Source: a virus
IMG/VR virus record: IMGVR_UViG_3300023208_000003
Span: 64,001 to 128,000 of that record
Strand: one strand, 5' to 3'
DNA: 64,000 nt
This document shows positions 56,332-64,000 of this stretch, piece after piece. The notes under the pieces were generated by a model that was not told where the DNA came from, made no database searches, and was given only the letters and a program-made list of their open reading frames with translations. Positions within the stretch are counted from its first letter, which is position 1; every line of letters starts with the position of its first letter. The position numbers and the translations under genes are program-made.

Positions 56332-57864
56332 ATGATCAATCCGCCAATTGAAAGCAGCACATTCGACTTATGGAGTGAAAGTCGTGAAGTTTCAATTTCA
56401 CTAGTAAGAGCAACTCCAACAACATTAACACTTAATTGGTCGACACCACCTACAACAAAAGCGTATGCTGGTTTTATAGTAACACTTTCAACAGCTCCAA
56501 TTTCATCGTTAAATCACCCAGTAGATGGCCAGCGTTATGTTGCTTCTGCTGATCTTGCTGTTCCAGCTGACACAATTGGTGGCGCGCAAGTAGTTGCTGC
56601 AAGATATTCGGCGTTTGACGGTCCAACGGCTACCGCCGCCGGCTCGATCACAATTACGAACGCGTCCCCAACAACGATTTATTATGCTTCGATTCATGGT
56701 GCATCCAATGTTCTTCAATATTATCCAGTTGGCGTTCAGTCTTACCCGCTAGAAGCCGGTAGAGTTGAAACAAACATTAATGCGTATGCAGGTTCAATCC
56801 CTGAAGCTGATTCTCCACCTCTTAATCCATTTACTGGGCAGGTTTTTTACAATCCAAATGATAATACTGTTAAGATGTGGAATGGAGCTGCCTGGATTAA
56901 CGCAAGTAATGATACTCCAGGAACAGGAACTATTGATCCTGACCCATTAACAGCAAGTCCAGCGTTAATTGCTGGTCAATTCTTTTATAATTCAGCGCAG
57001 CGCAAATTAAAAGTTTGGAATGGATCGTCTTGGATTGATGCAAACACAGATCAACCAGGTACACCAACAACTGATAAAATTCCTATTGGAAATGATGGAT
57101 CGTATGATGAACGTGTTCGCTTAATTAATGTTTTAAAAACTCAGCTTGGTTGGCCGGCCGTTTGTGTAGAACTTTCTGAAGAAAGCTTTAACATTGCAAT
57201 TGATAATGCATTAGATGAATTTAGACGACGTGCTGATAATGCATATCAACACCGTCACGTTTTATTTACTGTTAAAAATGGACAAACAAAATACTTTTTG
57301 AATGACCCAACAACTGGTACAAATCGTATTGTTGACATTATAAAAATTCATCGCGTAAATACTCTTGGTATGAACGCTTTAGGTGGTGATAACGGAATTT
57401 ACGCGCAAATTTTCTACAATCAATTTTTTTACGGTGCCATGATTGATGTATTGTCAATTCATTTGGTACACTCACTCGGAGAAGAATATGAGCGCCTTTT
57501 TGCTGGTAATTTAATGTTTGAGTGGATTGAAAGTTCTCGTGAACTTAACATTCTTCGTAGATTGTATAGAGATGAACGAGTTGTTTTAGAGTGTGTTATG
57601 GAACGAACAGAGCAAGAATTACTTGTTGACCGCTGGGCAAAACAGTGGCTTCAAGGGTGGGCACTAAGTGAGTGCTTTGAACAACTTGGAATGATTCGCT
57701 CTAAGTTCTCAACTTTGCCAGGCGCTGGTGGCGGTTTATCATTAAATGGGTCAGAGCTTCTTTCACTAGCGACAGAACAACAAACTGAGCTTTTAAGACA
57801 GATTCAAGATTTTGAAGTTGGCAATGGTCTTAGCGTTCCTGCCGGCGCCTTATTGATAGGTTAA
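56332..57864 (+). CDS. gp13: Neck protein gp13 with a long N-terminal extension
   Basis: C-terminal half LKTQLGWPAVCVELSEE..IAIDNAL...WLQGWAL...LGMIRSKFSTLPG...LNG. ATG 56332 preferred over the TTG at 56320. Confidence 0.8.
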   Translation: MINPPIESSTFDLWSESREVSISLVRATPTTLTLNWSTPPTTKAYAGFIVTLSTAPISSLNHPVDGQRYVASADLAVPADTIGGAQVVAARYSAFDGPTATAAGSITITNASPTTIYYASIHGASNVLQYYPVGVQSYPLEAGRVETNINAYAGSIPEADSPPLNPFTGQVFYNPNDNTVKMWNGAAWINASNDTPGTGTIDPDPLTASPALIAGQFFYNSAQRKLKVWNGSSWIDANTDQPGTPTTDKIPIGNDGSYDERVRLINVLKTQLGWPAVCVELSEESFNIAIDNALDEFRRRADNAYQHRHVLFTVKNGQTKYFLNDPTTGTNRIVDIIKIHRVNTLGMNALGGDNGIYAQIFYNQFFYGAMIDVLSIHLVHSLGEEYERLFAGNLMFEWIESSRELNILRRLYRDERVVLECVMERTEQELLVDRWAKQWLQGWALSECFEQLGMIRSKFSTLPGAGGGLSLNGSELLSLATEQQTELLRQIQDFEVGNGLSVPAGALLIG

Positions 57865-57866
57865 TT

Positions 57867-59639
57867 ATGGCAGAACCTACATCTTACGTTCCATCACAAC
57901 TTTGCATTGGACAGTGGCGTCTTCAAGACAATGCTGGTTGTAACAACGATTCTTCAACTCTTGAACAATACGTAGCTGAATCAATTGAGATAGCTGGTGC
58001 TCCAATGAATGTCTTTAAATTGCTAGGCGTTCACGAGCAAGGTCGTCTAATGGATTTAACTGGTTTTGGAACACCACTTTCGAGCGGCTCTTTAGCTGGT
58101 TCTGACGTAACAAACGCGTTTGATATTTCAGCTGATAGCTGGAAATCCGCGCAAGTAGGGTCTGCTGTAGTTGCAACTCCTGCTTGGATTGGTTACTTTT
58201 TTGGAACAAAAAAGACTAGCTTTGGAATGGATAAGTATAAACCTTCCAGCCCAATTCTTCAGCATATAACAACACTTAAAATTCAACAAGGCCCGAATAT
58301 TCAAAATCGCGCTTTACAAGTGCGTGTTGATCGTTCGGATGGAAAGCTTGATGCGAGACTCGTCTCACAATTTATTACGAGCGCAGCTGTTTTATCTAAC
58401 ATAAGGGCCGCGCAAACTGCAAAGTGGGGAACTGTTTACGTTACTGCAACAAGTTCTACTCAAATTTCTGTTTCTGGCCCTTCTGGAATCGAAACAGGGA
58501 CGATCGGTTCTTTTAAAGGCACTGACGTTCTATTTGACCTTCAAGGTCCAATGAATACCGGTGATATTTTTAGAATTGAACTAGACGTGAGGTGGAAACG
58601 TGCAGACATTATCAACCTTCCTAATACTAGCAATCTTGAACAAATTGCCATCAGACAGACCGCCCCATCCTCGTACTGGCGCATCGTCCCACTTATCTTT
58701 AATGGTGGAGCGACCGATTCGTGGGAAATTGTCAAGCTCGAACTCATTGATTTTCAATCGACCTCAATTGACAATATTGAAGATACCTTATTTCTCGAGA
58801 ATCGAGACAGAGATTATTCAAATACGTCAATTGAACTCAAGGCCCAATATCAACCAGTAGATTCAATTGGAGATTTAGGTAAATTTGGTTTTAATTTATT
58901 AGATCAATATGCTTTTAGTGTTTCATTTAGTCGAATGGTTGAGCTTCTTGGTAGGCCTATTGTTGTCGGTGACGTTATTGAAGTTACACCTGAGCTTGCC
59001 TATGATCAAAATTTAAAACCGATCAAGAAATTTTTAGAGGTAATCGACGCCTCATGGGCAGCTGAAGGATTTACCCCCGGCTGGAAGCCATTGATCTATA
59101 GATTTACAGCAGTCCCGCTTTTGCCATCGCAAGAACATCGTGATCTATTTGGAACGCCTGATGAGCAGCTTTACAAAGTTGACGATGGAACCTTTTTTAA
59201 CAACATTGGTCAACATCAAAACGCTCAACTAACTGTTGCTGAAGACGCGGCAACAGTTGCGCTTGACCAGGTTCCAGAGATAGGAGCTGACCCACAGGAA
59301 ATTGCTAGTGGTGCTCCACTCCTTAATAACGTAAACAAACTTGGTGAAAGAACTGACCAGCAAGATATGTATGTTCAGGACGCTATTCCACCTGATGGTT
59401 TACCTTACAAAGAGGGGTATACGTTTCCTGACGCAAATACCGCGTTGGACGGAGATTATTTCCGGCAAATTTATCCGCCTGACACCAGAATACCCGCTAG
59501 ACTGTACAAATTTAATGCAATCAAGCACCGCTGGATCTACCAGGAGACTGATATGCGTGATAGCTATAGTAGCCATAAGCCATCCATCCGCAGTGCCCTG
59601 GTGTCATTAGGGTCTAAGAGTTTAAAGAGTGACCTATGA
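57867..59639 (+). CDS. gp14: Neck protein gp14 with inserted domains
   Basis: SIEIAG...LFLENRDRDY...DLGKFG...RPIVVGDVIE. Confidence 0.75.
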   Translation: MAEPTSYVPSQLCIGQWRLQDNAGCNNDSSTLEQYVAESIEIAGAPMNVFKLLGVHEQGRLMDLTGFGTPLSSGSLAGSDVTNAFDISADSWKSAQVGSAVVATPAWIGYFFGTKKTSFGMDKYKPSSPILQHITTLKIQQGPNIQNRALQVRVDRSDGKLDARLVSQFITSAAVLSNIRAAQTAKWGTVYVTATSSTQISVSGPSGIETGTIGSFKGTDVLFDLQGPMNTGDIFRIELDVRWKRADIINLPNTSNLEQIAIRQTAPSSYWRIVPLIFNGGATDSWEIVKLELIDFQSTSIDNIEDTLFLENRDRDYSNTSIELKAQYQPVDSIGDLGKFGFNLLDQYAFSVSFSRMVELLGRPIVVGDVIEVTPELAYDQNLKPIKKFLEVIDASWAAEGFTPGWKPLIYRFTAVPLLPSQEHRDLFGTPDEQLYKVDDGTFFNNIGQHQNAQLTVAEDAATVALDQVPEIGADPQEIASGAPLLNNVNKLGERTDQQDMYVQDAIPPDGLPYKEGYTFPDANTALDGDYFRQIYPPDTRIPARLYKFNAIKHRWIYQETDMRDSYSSHKPSIRSALVSLGSKSLKSDL

Positions 59640-60361
59640 GATTTAAACAATTTTTAACAGAAGCCAAAATTCCAGAATTTGTAATACCTGCATTCTTTTG
59701 GTTTTCAGATGATTTTGCTAATTCAGTTTCAATGACGTTAAATTCAGCCATAGAAATATGGATGTCTGAAGACTCAATACAGAAGTTAATGATGCTAGTC
59801 AGAGGAGGCGTAACGCTAAAATGTACAAATTATGAACGTCAAACTAAAGCAGCTGTTAAAAATGGTTGGACGCTATTTGAAGAAGAGCACAATTTTGATA
59901 GTTATGAAGGAATACTTTATAAGAAGAGTCAAGAAATTCAATATCCTAAACTTTACTATTATCAATCTCAAAATTTATCAAAAATTCCAGCTGGTATGAA
60001 TATGGACGCAACTATAGTTGCAAATTTGGCGTTTAATAATTTATCTGACTTTGAAAACTTGCCGCATAATACTGCGCATTGTTTCTTAAATTCTAACAAA
60101 TATACATCACTCTCAGGAATACATAAGCAACTTAAGGATTGTTATCAACTTGATATTGAAAAGAACCCGATTAAAGAATCTGTTTTAGGATTGCTCTTAA
60201 TTAAAGGACTTTATGATTTTTCATTTGAAGGAGTTCCAGCAAAAGCTTATGACGCAATTTACTTAATTATGAAACATCATAGACATGAAGAAGCTGGAGA
60301 TGTTCTCGAAGCAAAAGCAGAACTAATAGAAAAAGGATTTAGCCAGTATGCGAAGCTTTAA
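59636..60361 (+). CDS. 'YAKL' family member
   Basis: MRFKQFLTE leader, C-terminus DVLEAKAELIEKGFSQYAKL. Confidence 0.8.
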   Translation: MRFKQFLTEAKIPEFVIPAFFWFSDDFANSVSMTLNSAIEIWMSEDSIQKLMMLVRGGVTLKCTNYERQTKAAVKNGWTLFEEEHNFDSYEGILYKKSQEIQYPKLYYYQSQNLSKIPAGMNMDATIVANLAFNNLSDFENLPHNTAHCFLNSNKYTSLSGIHKQLKDCYQLDIEKNPIKESVLGLLLIKGLYDFSFEGVPAKAYDAIYLIMKHHRHEEAGDVLEAKAELIEKGFSQYAKL

Positions 60362-60920
60362 GCAATTTATACGTGAAAATATCGACGGCGTAAAAAATGG
60401 AATCTGGTGTACCTCACCACCAGAAAATCCTCTTGAGTATAATGCTACAGATTTAAGAACAATTTTAGATTTCAATAATTATGAAGAAGACCATCTTTAT
60501 AATGATGTTGAATTTGCGTTCTACAAAAAGCTAAATACTCTTGAAGGCTGTCCTGAAAAAGTTATTAATTATTTTTATCTAAACTTTTTACCTGAACTTA
60601 AAACGCTTGAGTATGCTCCTAAATTTGTCGGAAATTCAGCTTATCTTTCATCATTAGATCTTTCAACGTTGTCTGGCATTGGTAAGCGCTTTTTCAATGA
60701 AATTAAAGTTATGCTTTCATTTGATAATTGCACAATTGATTCATCTATTTTAGGGCTCTTATTGATTAAGGGGCTTTCATCCTGTGTTTCAGTTTTTAAT
60801 GGCGGTAAAGATTTAGAACGTGCGATAATCGTAATCAACAACCACTTACCTGATCGTGATATTTTAGAAGCAAAAACAGAACTTATCGAACTTGGATATT
60901 CACGATACGCAAAGCTATGA
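60348..60920 (+). CDS. 'YAKL' family member, LRR-like
   Basis: MRSFKQFIRE leader, LNTLEGCPEKV/LKTLEYAPKFV repeats, C-terminus DILEAKTELIELGYSRYAKL. Confidence 0.8.
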   Translation: MRSFKQFIRENIDGVKNGIWCTSPPENPLEYNATDLRTILDFNNYEEDHLYNDVEFAFYKKLNTLEGCPEKVINYFYLNFLPELKTLEYAPKFVGNSAYLSSLDLSTLSGIGKRFFNEIKVMLSFDNCTIDSSILGLLLIKGLSSCVSVFNGGKDLERAIIVINNHLPDRDILEAKTELIELGYSRYAKL

Positions 60921-61573
60921 AACTATTAGAAATTACATCTCCTACATACAAACACTCAGATGTTGAATTAGCTTTTTACACAGCCGATGTTAAACGCTTG
61001 TATCAACTTGTGGATGCTGTTACAAAAGAAAAAATAATTAAAGAGATGCTTGATGTTAAAAAATACGGGGTTTATTTTTTAGGCGAAGATTATCATAATG
61101 AAGCATGCTCGATCTTTTACTCATTTGGGTGTGAGGATCCAATATCTTCAGCCGGGGTTAAAGAAATTTATCGCAGTGTTGAAAAAATATTTGAATCTTA
61201 CGGAATTAACACAGAAGAATTATTGGCCGGTCTCAATTTTTATAAAATGCCTGATAAAGTTTGGGTTAAAAGTGATCATTCTTCTCCAAATTTTTATCTT
61301 TCAGCAAATGAAGAATTTACCAGCTTATGTGGAATTTCCAAAAAGATTAAATATGAAGTTGTTGATGATATTGACATTGAGCACGTAGAACGCATCACAG
61401 AAGGTGGTCTAGGATTTTTATTAATTGATAATCTTAGAACAATTTATACTCTTCCTGCAAAAAAAATATTATGGCTGAGCATTATAAATGAGCATCTTAA
61501 AGGAGAACGAGATATTCTTGAATGTAAAACCGCTCTTATTGAACAAGGACAAGGAGCTTTTGCTAAAATATGA
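60917..61573 (+). CDS. 'YAKL' family member
   Basis: MKLLE leader, C-terminus DILECKTALIEQGQGAFAKI. Confidence 0.8.
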   Translation: MKLLEITSPTYKHSDVELAFYTADVKRLYQLVDAVTKEKIIKEMLDVKKYGVYFLGEDYHNEACSIFYSFGCEDPISSAGVKEIYRSVEKIFESYGINTEELLAGLNFYKMPDKVWVKSDHSSPNFYLSANEEFTSLCGISKKIKYEVVDDIDIEHVERITEGGLGFLLIDNLRTIYTLPAKKILWLSIINEHLKGERDILECKTALIEQGQGAFAKI

Positions 61574-62310
61574 TAACAGAATATTTTTATGACGCGCAGC
61601 TGCGCTCTTATCTGCAACAATTTTGCGCTATATTTTACGGTCTACAGGTTAAAACAGGTAAAGGTGAAGATGGAACAGAAGCTTTCATAAGCGTTCCAAC
61701 TCACGTAGGCAATCGTGATCGAGTTGTGGCGGCCATCATGCAGTCAAACACGCACAACAAGCCATTCTCTCTTCCTATCATGGCGGCCTCAATTACTGGA
61801 ATTGATTTATCCCCAGAACGTCGAAAAGGCATCGGTGTTACTGATACTCGCGTCTTTATGCCGCAAGGCGGTGTATTTCCTGATGATCTTGCTACAGCAA
61901 GTCGCATCATGCCAATTCCATACAATATGAATGTGCAACTTACGTTATACGCATCGAATACTAATCAGCTTCACCAGATAATCGAGCAGATTTTAATGTT
62001 GTTTGACCCTATCCTGCAGATTCAGACAACTGACGCGCCATTTGACTGGACAAAGATAACCACAGTAGAGCTAACTGGAATAGCCAATGAGGAAAATTAT
62101 CCAGCCGGACAAGACCAGCGCATTTTAAATTGGTCATTTGATTTCTTAATTCCGATTTGGATTTCAGCGCCAATGGATGTCAAGGATAGACTGGTTCGTA
62201 AAATTATTGTAACTATCGGTGATAAAAGCTCAATGTTATTTAATGAATTTGATGAAAATGGCGAGCTTGTACCATTTGAAGTTGTATTTGGGCAGAGTGT
62301 TACACAATAA
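61570..62310 (+). CDS. gp15: Tail terminator/sheath stabiliser
   Basis: YFYDAQLRSYLQQFCAIF...LPIMA...MPIPYNMNVQLTLYASNTNQLHQIIEQIL..FDP. Confidence 0.8.
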   Translation: MITEYFYDAQLRSYLQQFCAIFYGLQVKTGKGEDGTEAFISVPTHVGNRDRVVAAIMQSNTHNKPFSLPIMAASITGIDLSPERRKGIGVTDTRVFMPQGGVFPDDLATASRIMPIPYNMNVQLTLYASNTNQLHQIIEQILMLFDPILQIQTTDAPFDWTKITTVELTGIANEENYPAGQDQRILNWSFDFLIPIWISAPMDVKDRLVRKIIVTIGDKSSMLFNEFDENGELVPFEVVFGQSVTQ

Positions 62311-62353
62311 AAACCAAAAAGCAACAAAATTTAGCCAGAAAAACTCCTATTTG

Positions 62354-62361
62354 AATAAATA
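62354..62361 (+). promoter_or_regulatory. T4-type late promoter (AATAAATA)
   Basis: Motif match upstream of the sheath gene. Confidence 0.55.
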
Positions 62362-62407
62362 TCATCAAGAAAAAATCTTCTCAACATTTTTATAAGGAGA
62401 AAAACAT

Positions 62408-64000
62408 ATGGCTACACTCGTGAGTCCTGGAGTGTCAGTTCCAATAACTGATGAATCCTTCTATATCCCTGTTACCGCACCCACGGTGCCTTTATTTTTT
62501 ATTGCGACGCGCAAGAACAAGCGTCAGCCAAACGGCGTAGATATTGCAACTGCTACTAACGAAAGTTCTGTAGTTCGTACAGTTACTTCGCTTGGTCAGT
62601 CAACGCAGCTTTACGGCATTCCATACTTTTGGCAGGATGCCGGTAAGAATCAATTTCACGGCGACGCTCGCAATGAATATGGTTTGTTTGCGCTTAATCA
62701 ATTTCTTGGAGTTGGTAACCGTGCTTTCGTAGTTCGCTCAAACATTGATTTGTCTGACGCGACAACAAATTTTATCGGTATTACTAACACTAACGGCTCA
62801 CAGCCACCACTTGCCACTGTTCCTAATTTGATTGGAGCTGGCAATGGAACAATGACGACACCTACTGTAGCGAGCGCTTTAGTTCAGCCAGATAACTACA
62901 GTGTTGTTTGCATTACACCAGCAGTTTACGATATTAACAACGTAAAAACCAAAGCAGCTAAATTTAATGTCTTGAGCTCACGTGGTTTTATTGGTATTGC
63001 AACTGAAGGCACTGCTTTTAGCACTCCGTTGACTCCTGAAGTTGCTTTCACGATTACTGAAGGTACAACGCATTTTGCAGCAGGCGATTACTTTACGTTT
63101 TCAACTTACTATGTTCCATTGACTTCACCTTCAGGTGCTGGTAAAGGAACAATGTCTGATCTTCTTCCAGCTGAGCTAGCAGTTGAAGAAACTTGGACAA
63201 TTACATTTATCACTCCGACAACGTTTGATGTTTCAGGTTCTGTTTTTGGTCCATCTACTCCTGGTACAGTTGGTGTTCCATACGATAACAATTACATTAA
63301 TTTCATAGTTAATGACGGAACTACTCCGTTTGTTGTAGGTGACACGTTTACTGTTGTCTTTAAGAGCCTTTCACACTTTAATCCATTAGGTTCTACAGAT
63401 GCCCAGAAACGCGTTACCATCGCTACTGCGCTTCAAGCGGAAATTAACTCAAACACTGAAGTTCGTTCCGAAATGTATGAGTATAATTTGATTTTGGCTC
63501 CTGGCTATTCAGAAGTTGTTGATGAGCTTCTCGCGCTTTCAACCGCGGTTAATGATGAAGCTTTCGTAATTGCAGATACTCCAGTTGATAAGACACCTGA
63601 ACAGGTTGCGACTTGGGCAAATACTTCAGATCGTTTCAACAGTCACAATGCTGCATACTATTACCCTTGGGGTCTTGCTTCAAACTTGGATGGAACTGAT
63701 GTCGTGGTTGCTCCATCTGGCATTGCTCTTCGCACCTACGCATTCTCTGACAACGAGAGTTACGTGTGGTTCGCGCCAGCAGGTCCTAACCGTGGTCTTG
63801 TAACAGGCGTTTCAAAAGTTGGTTACGTTACTGGCGAGCTTGGTACTCCAACGACCTTTATTGAAGCAAACCTCAACCAAGGTCAACGTGATAACCTTTA
63901 CGAATTCTACAAGAATATCAACCCAATTGTGTACTTCACTGGCCGCGGAATGATGGTATTTGGACAGAAAACAGCAGCTCCTGTTGCTTCTGCACTTGAT
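62408..64000 (+). CDS. gp18: Tail sheath protein (partial, runs off the right edge; not in the ORF track)
   Basis: AAGGAG SD, then MATLVSPGVSVPITDESFY...NEYGLFALNQFLGVGNRAFVVR...YYPWG...VVAPSG...WFAPAGPNRG. Confidence 0.92.
   Translation, partial: MATLVSPGVSVPITDESFYIPVTAPTVPLFFIATRKNKRQPNGVDIATATNESSVVRTVTSLGQSTQLYGIPYFWQDAGKNQFHGDARNEYGLFALNQFLGVGNRAFVVRSNIDLSDATTNFIGITNTNGSQPPLATVPNLIGAGNGTMTTPTVASALVQPDNYSVVCITPAVYDINNVKTKAAKFNVLSSRGFIGIATEGTAFSTPLTPEVAFTITEGTTHFAAGDYFTFSTYYVPLTSPSGAGKGTMSDLLPAELAVEETWTITFITPTTFDVSGSVFGPSTPGTVGVPYDNNYINFIVNDGTTPFVVGDTFTVVFKSLSHFNPLGSTDAQKRVTIATALQAEINSNTEVRSEMYEYNLILAPGYSEVVDELLALSTAVNDEAFVIADTPVDKTPEQVATWANTSDRFNSHNAAYYYPWGLASNLDGTDVVVAPSGIALRTYAFSDNESYVWFAPAGPNRGLVTGVSKVGYVTGELGTPTTFIEANLNQGQRDNLYEFYKNINPIVYFTGRGMMVFGQKTAAPVASALD

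Noticed and set aside
35042-61573. C-terminal AKL/AKI as a peroxisomal PTS1 signal
   Set aside because: The gene content, SD motifs and promoters are those of a bacteriophage. The terminal residues are partly constrained by overlap with the next start codon.
1163-63803. Many short opposite-strand or alternate-frame ORFs in the track (for example 2081-2662, 34425-34904, 47394-47840, 51574-52278)
   Set aside because: They lie wholly within well-supported genes, lack SDs and show the composition of shadow ORFs.
1-64000. Stop-codon reassignment (as in some jumbo phages)
   Set aside because: Core genes are full length in the standard code, and the two broken genes continue in a different frame, so readthrough would not repair them.

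Overview
AT-rich fragment of a large T4-superfamily (jumbo-type) myovirus genome, read in the standard genetic code. The host cannot be identified from this window. 1-31 kb (minus strand) carries tail fibre/accessory genes, two very large baseplate-type proteins (1706 and 2842 aa), gp6-, gp25-, gp5-, gp27-, gp53- and gp48/54-like genes, a nucleotidyltransferase and a GIY-YIG homing endonuclease. The plus strand carries gp55-like late sigma, gp47/gp46, tape measure, portal gp20, protease gp21, scaffold gp22, major capsid gp23, denV-like glycosylase, neck gp13/gp14, gp15 and the start of sheath gp18 (62408, absent from the ORF track). T4-type late promoters (NATAAATA) sit in most intergenic gaps. 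Two things stand out. (1) A ~1 kb ORF-free, hairpin-dense region (41605-42630) looks like a large structured ncRNA that I cannot assign to a family. (2) A 15-member paralog family is spread over four loci. Its members share a conserved C-terminal domain ending D-x-L-E-(C/F/A)-K-x-x-L-I-E-x-G-x-x-x-(Y/L/F)-A-K-(L/I). Most have a leader resembling the T4 internal-protein capsid-targeting sequence. The family also shows dual-coded gene junctions, nucleotide-identical 3' blocks and two members frameshifted at simple repeats. Functional interpretations are inferences; no database search could be run.
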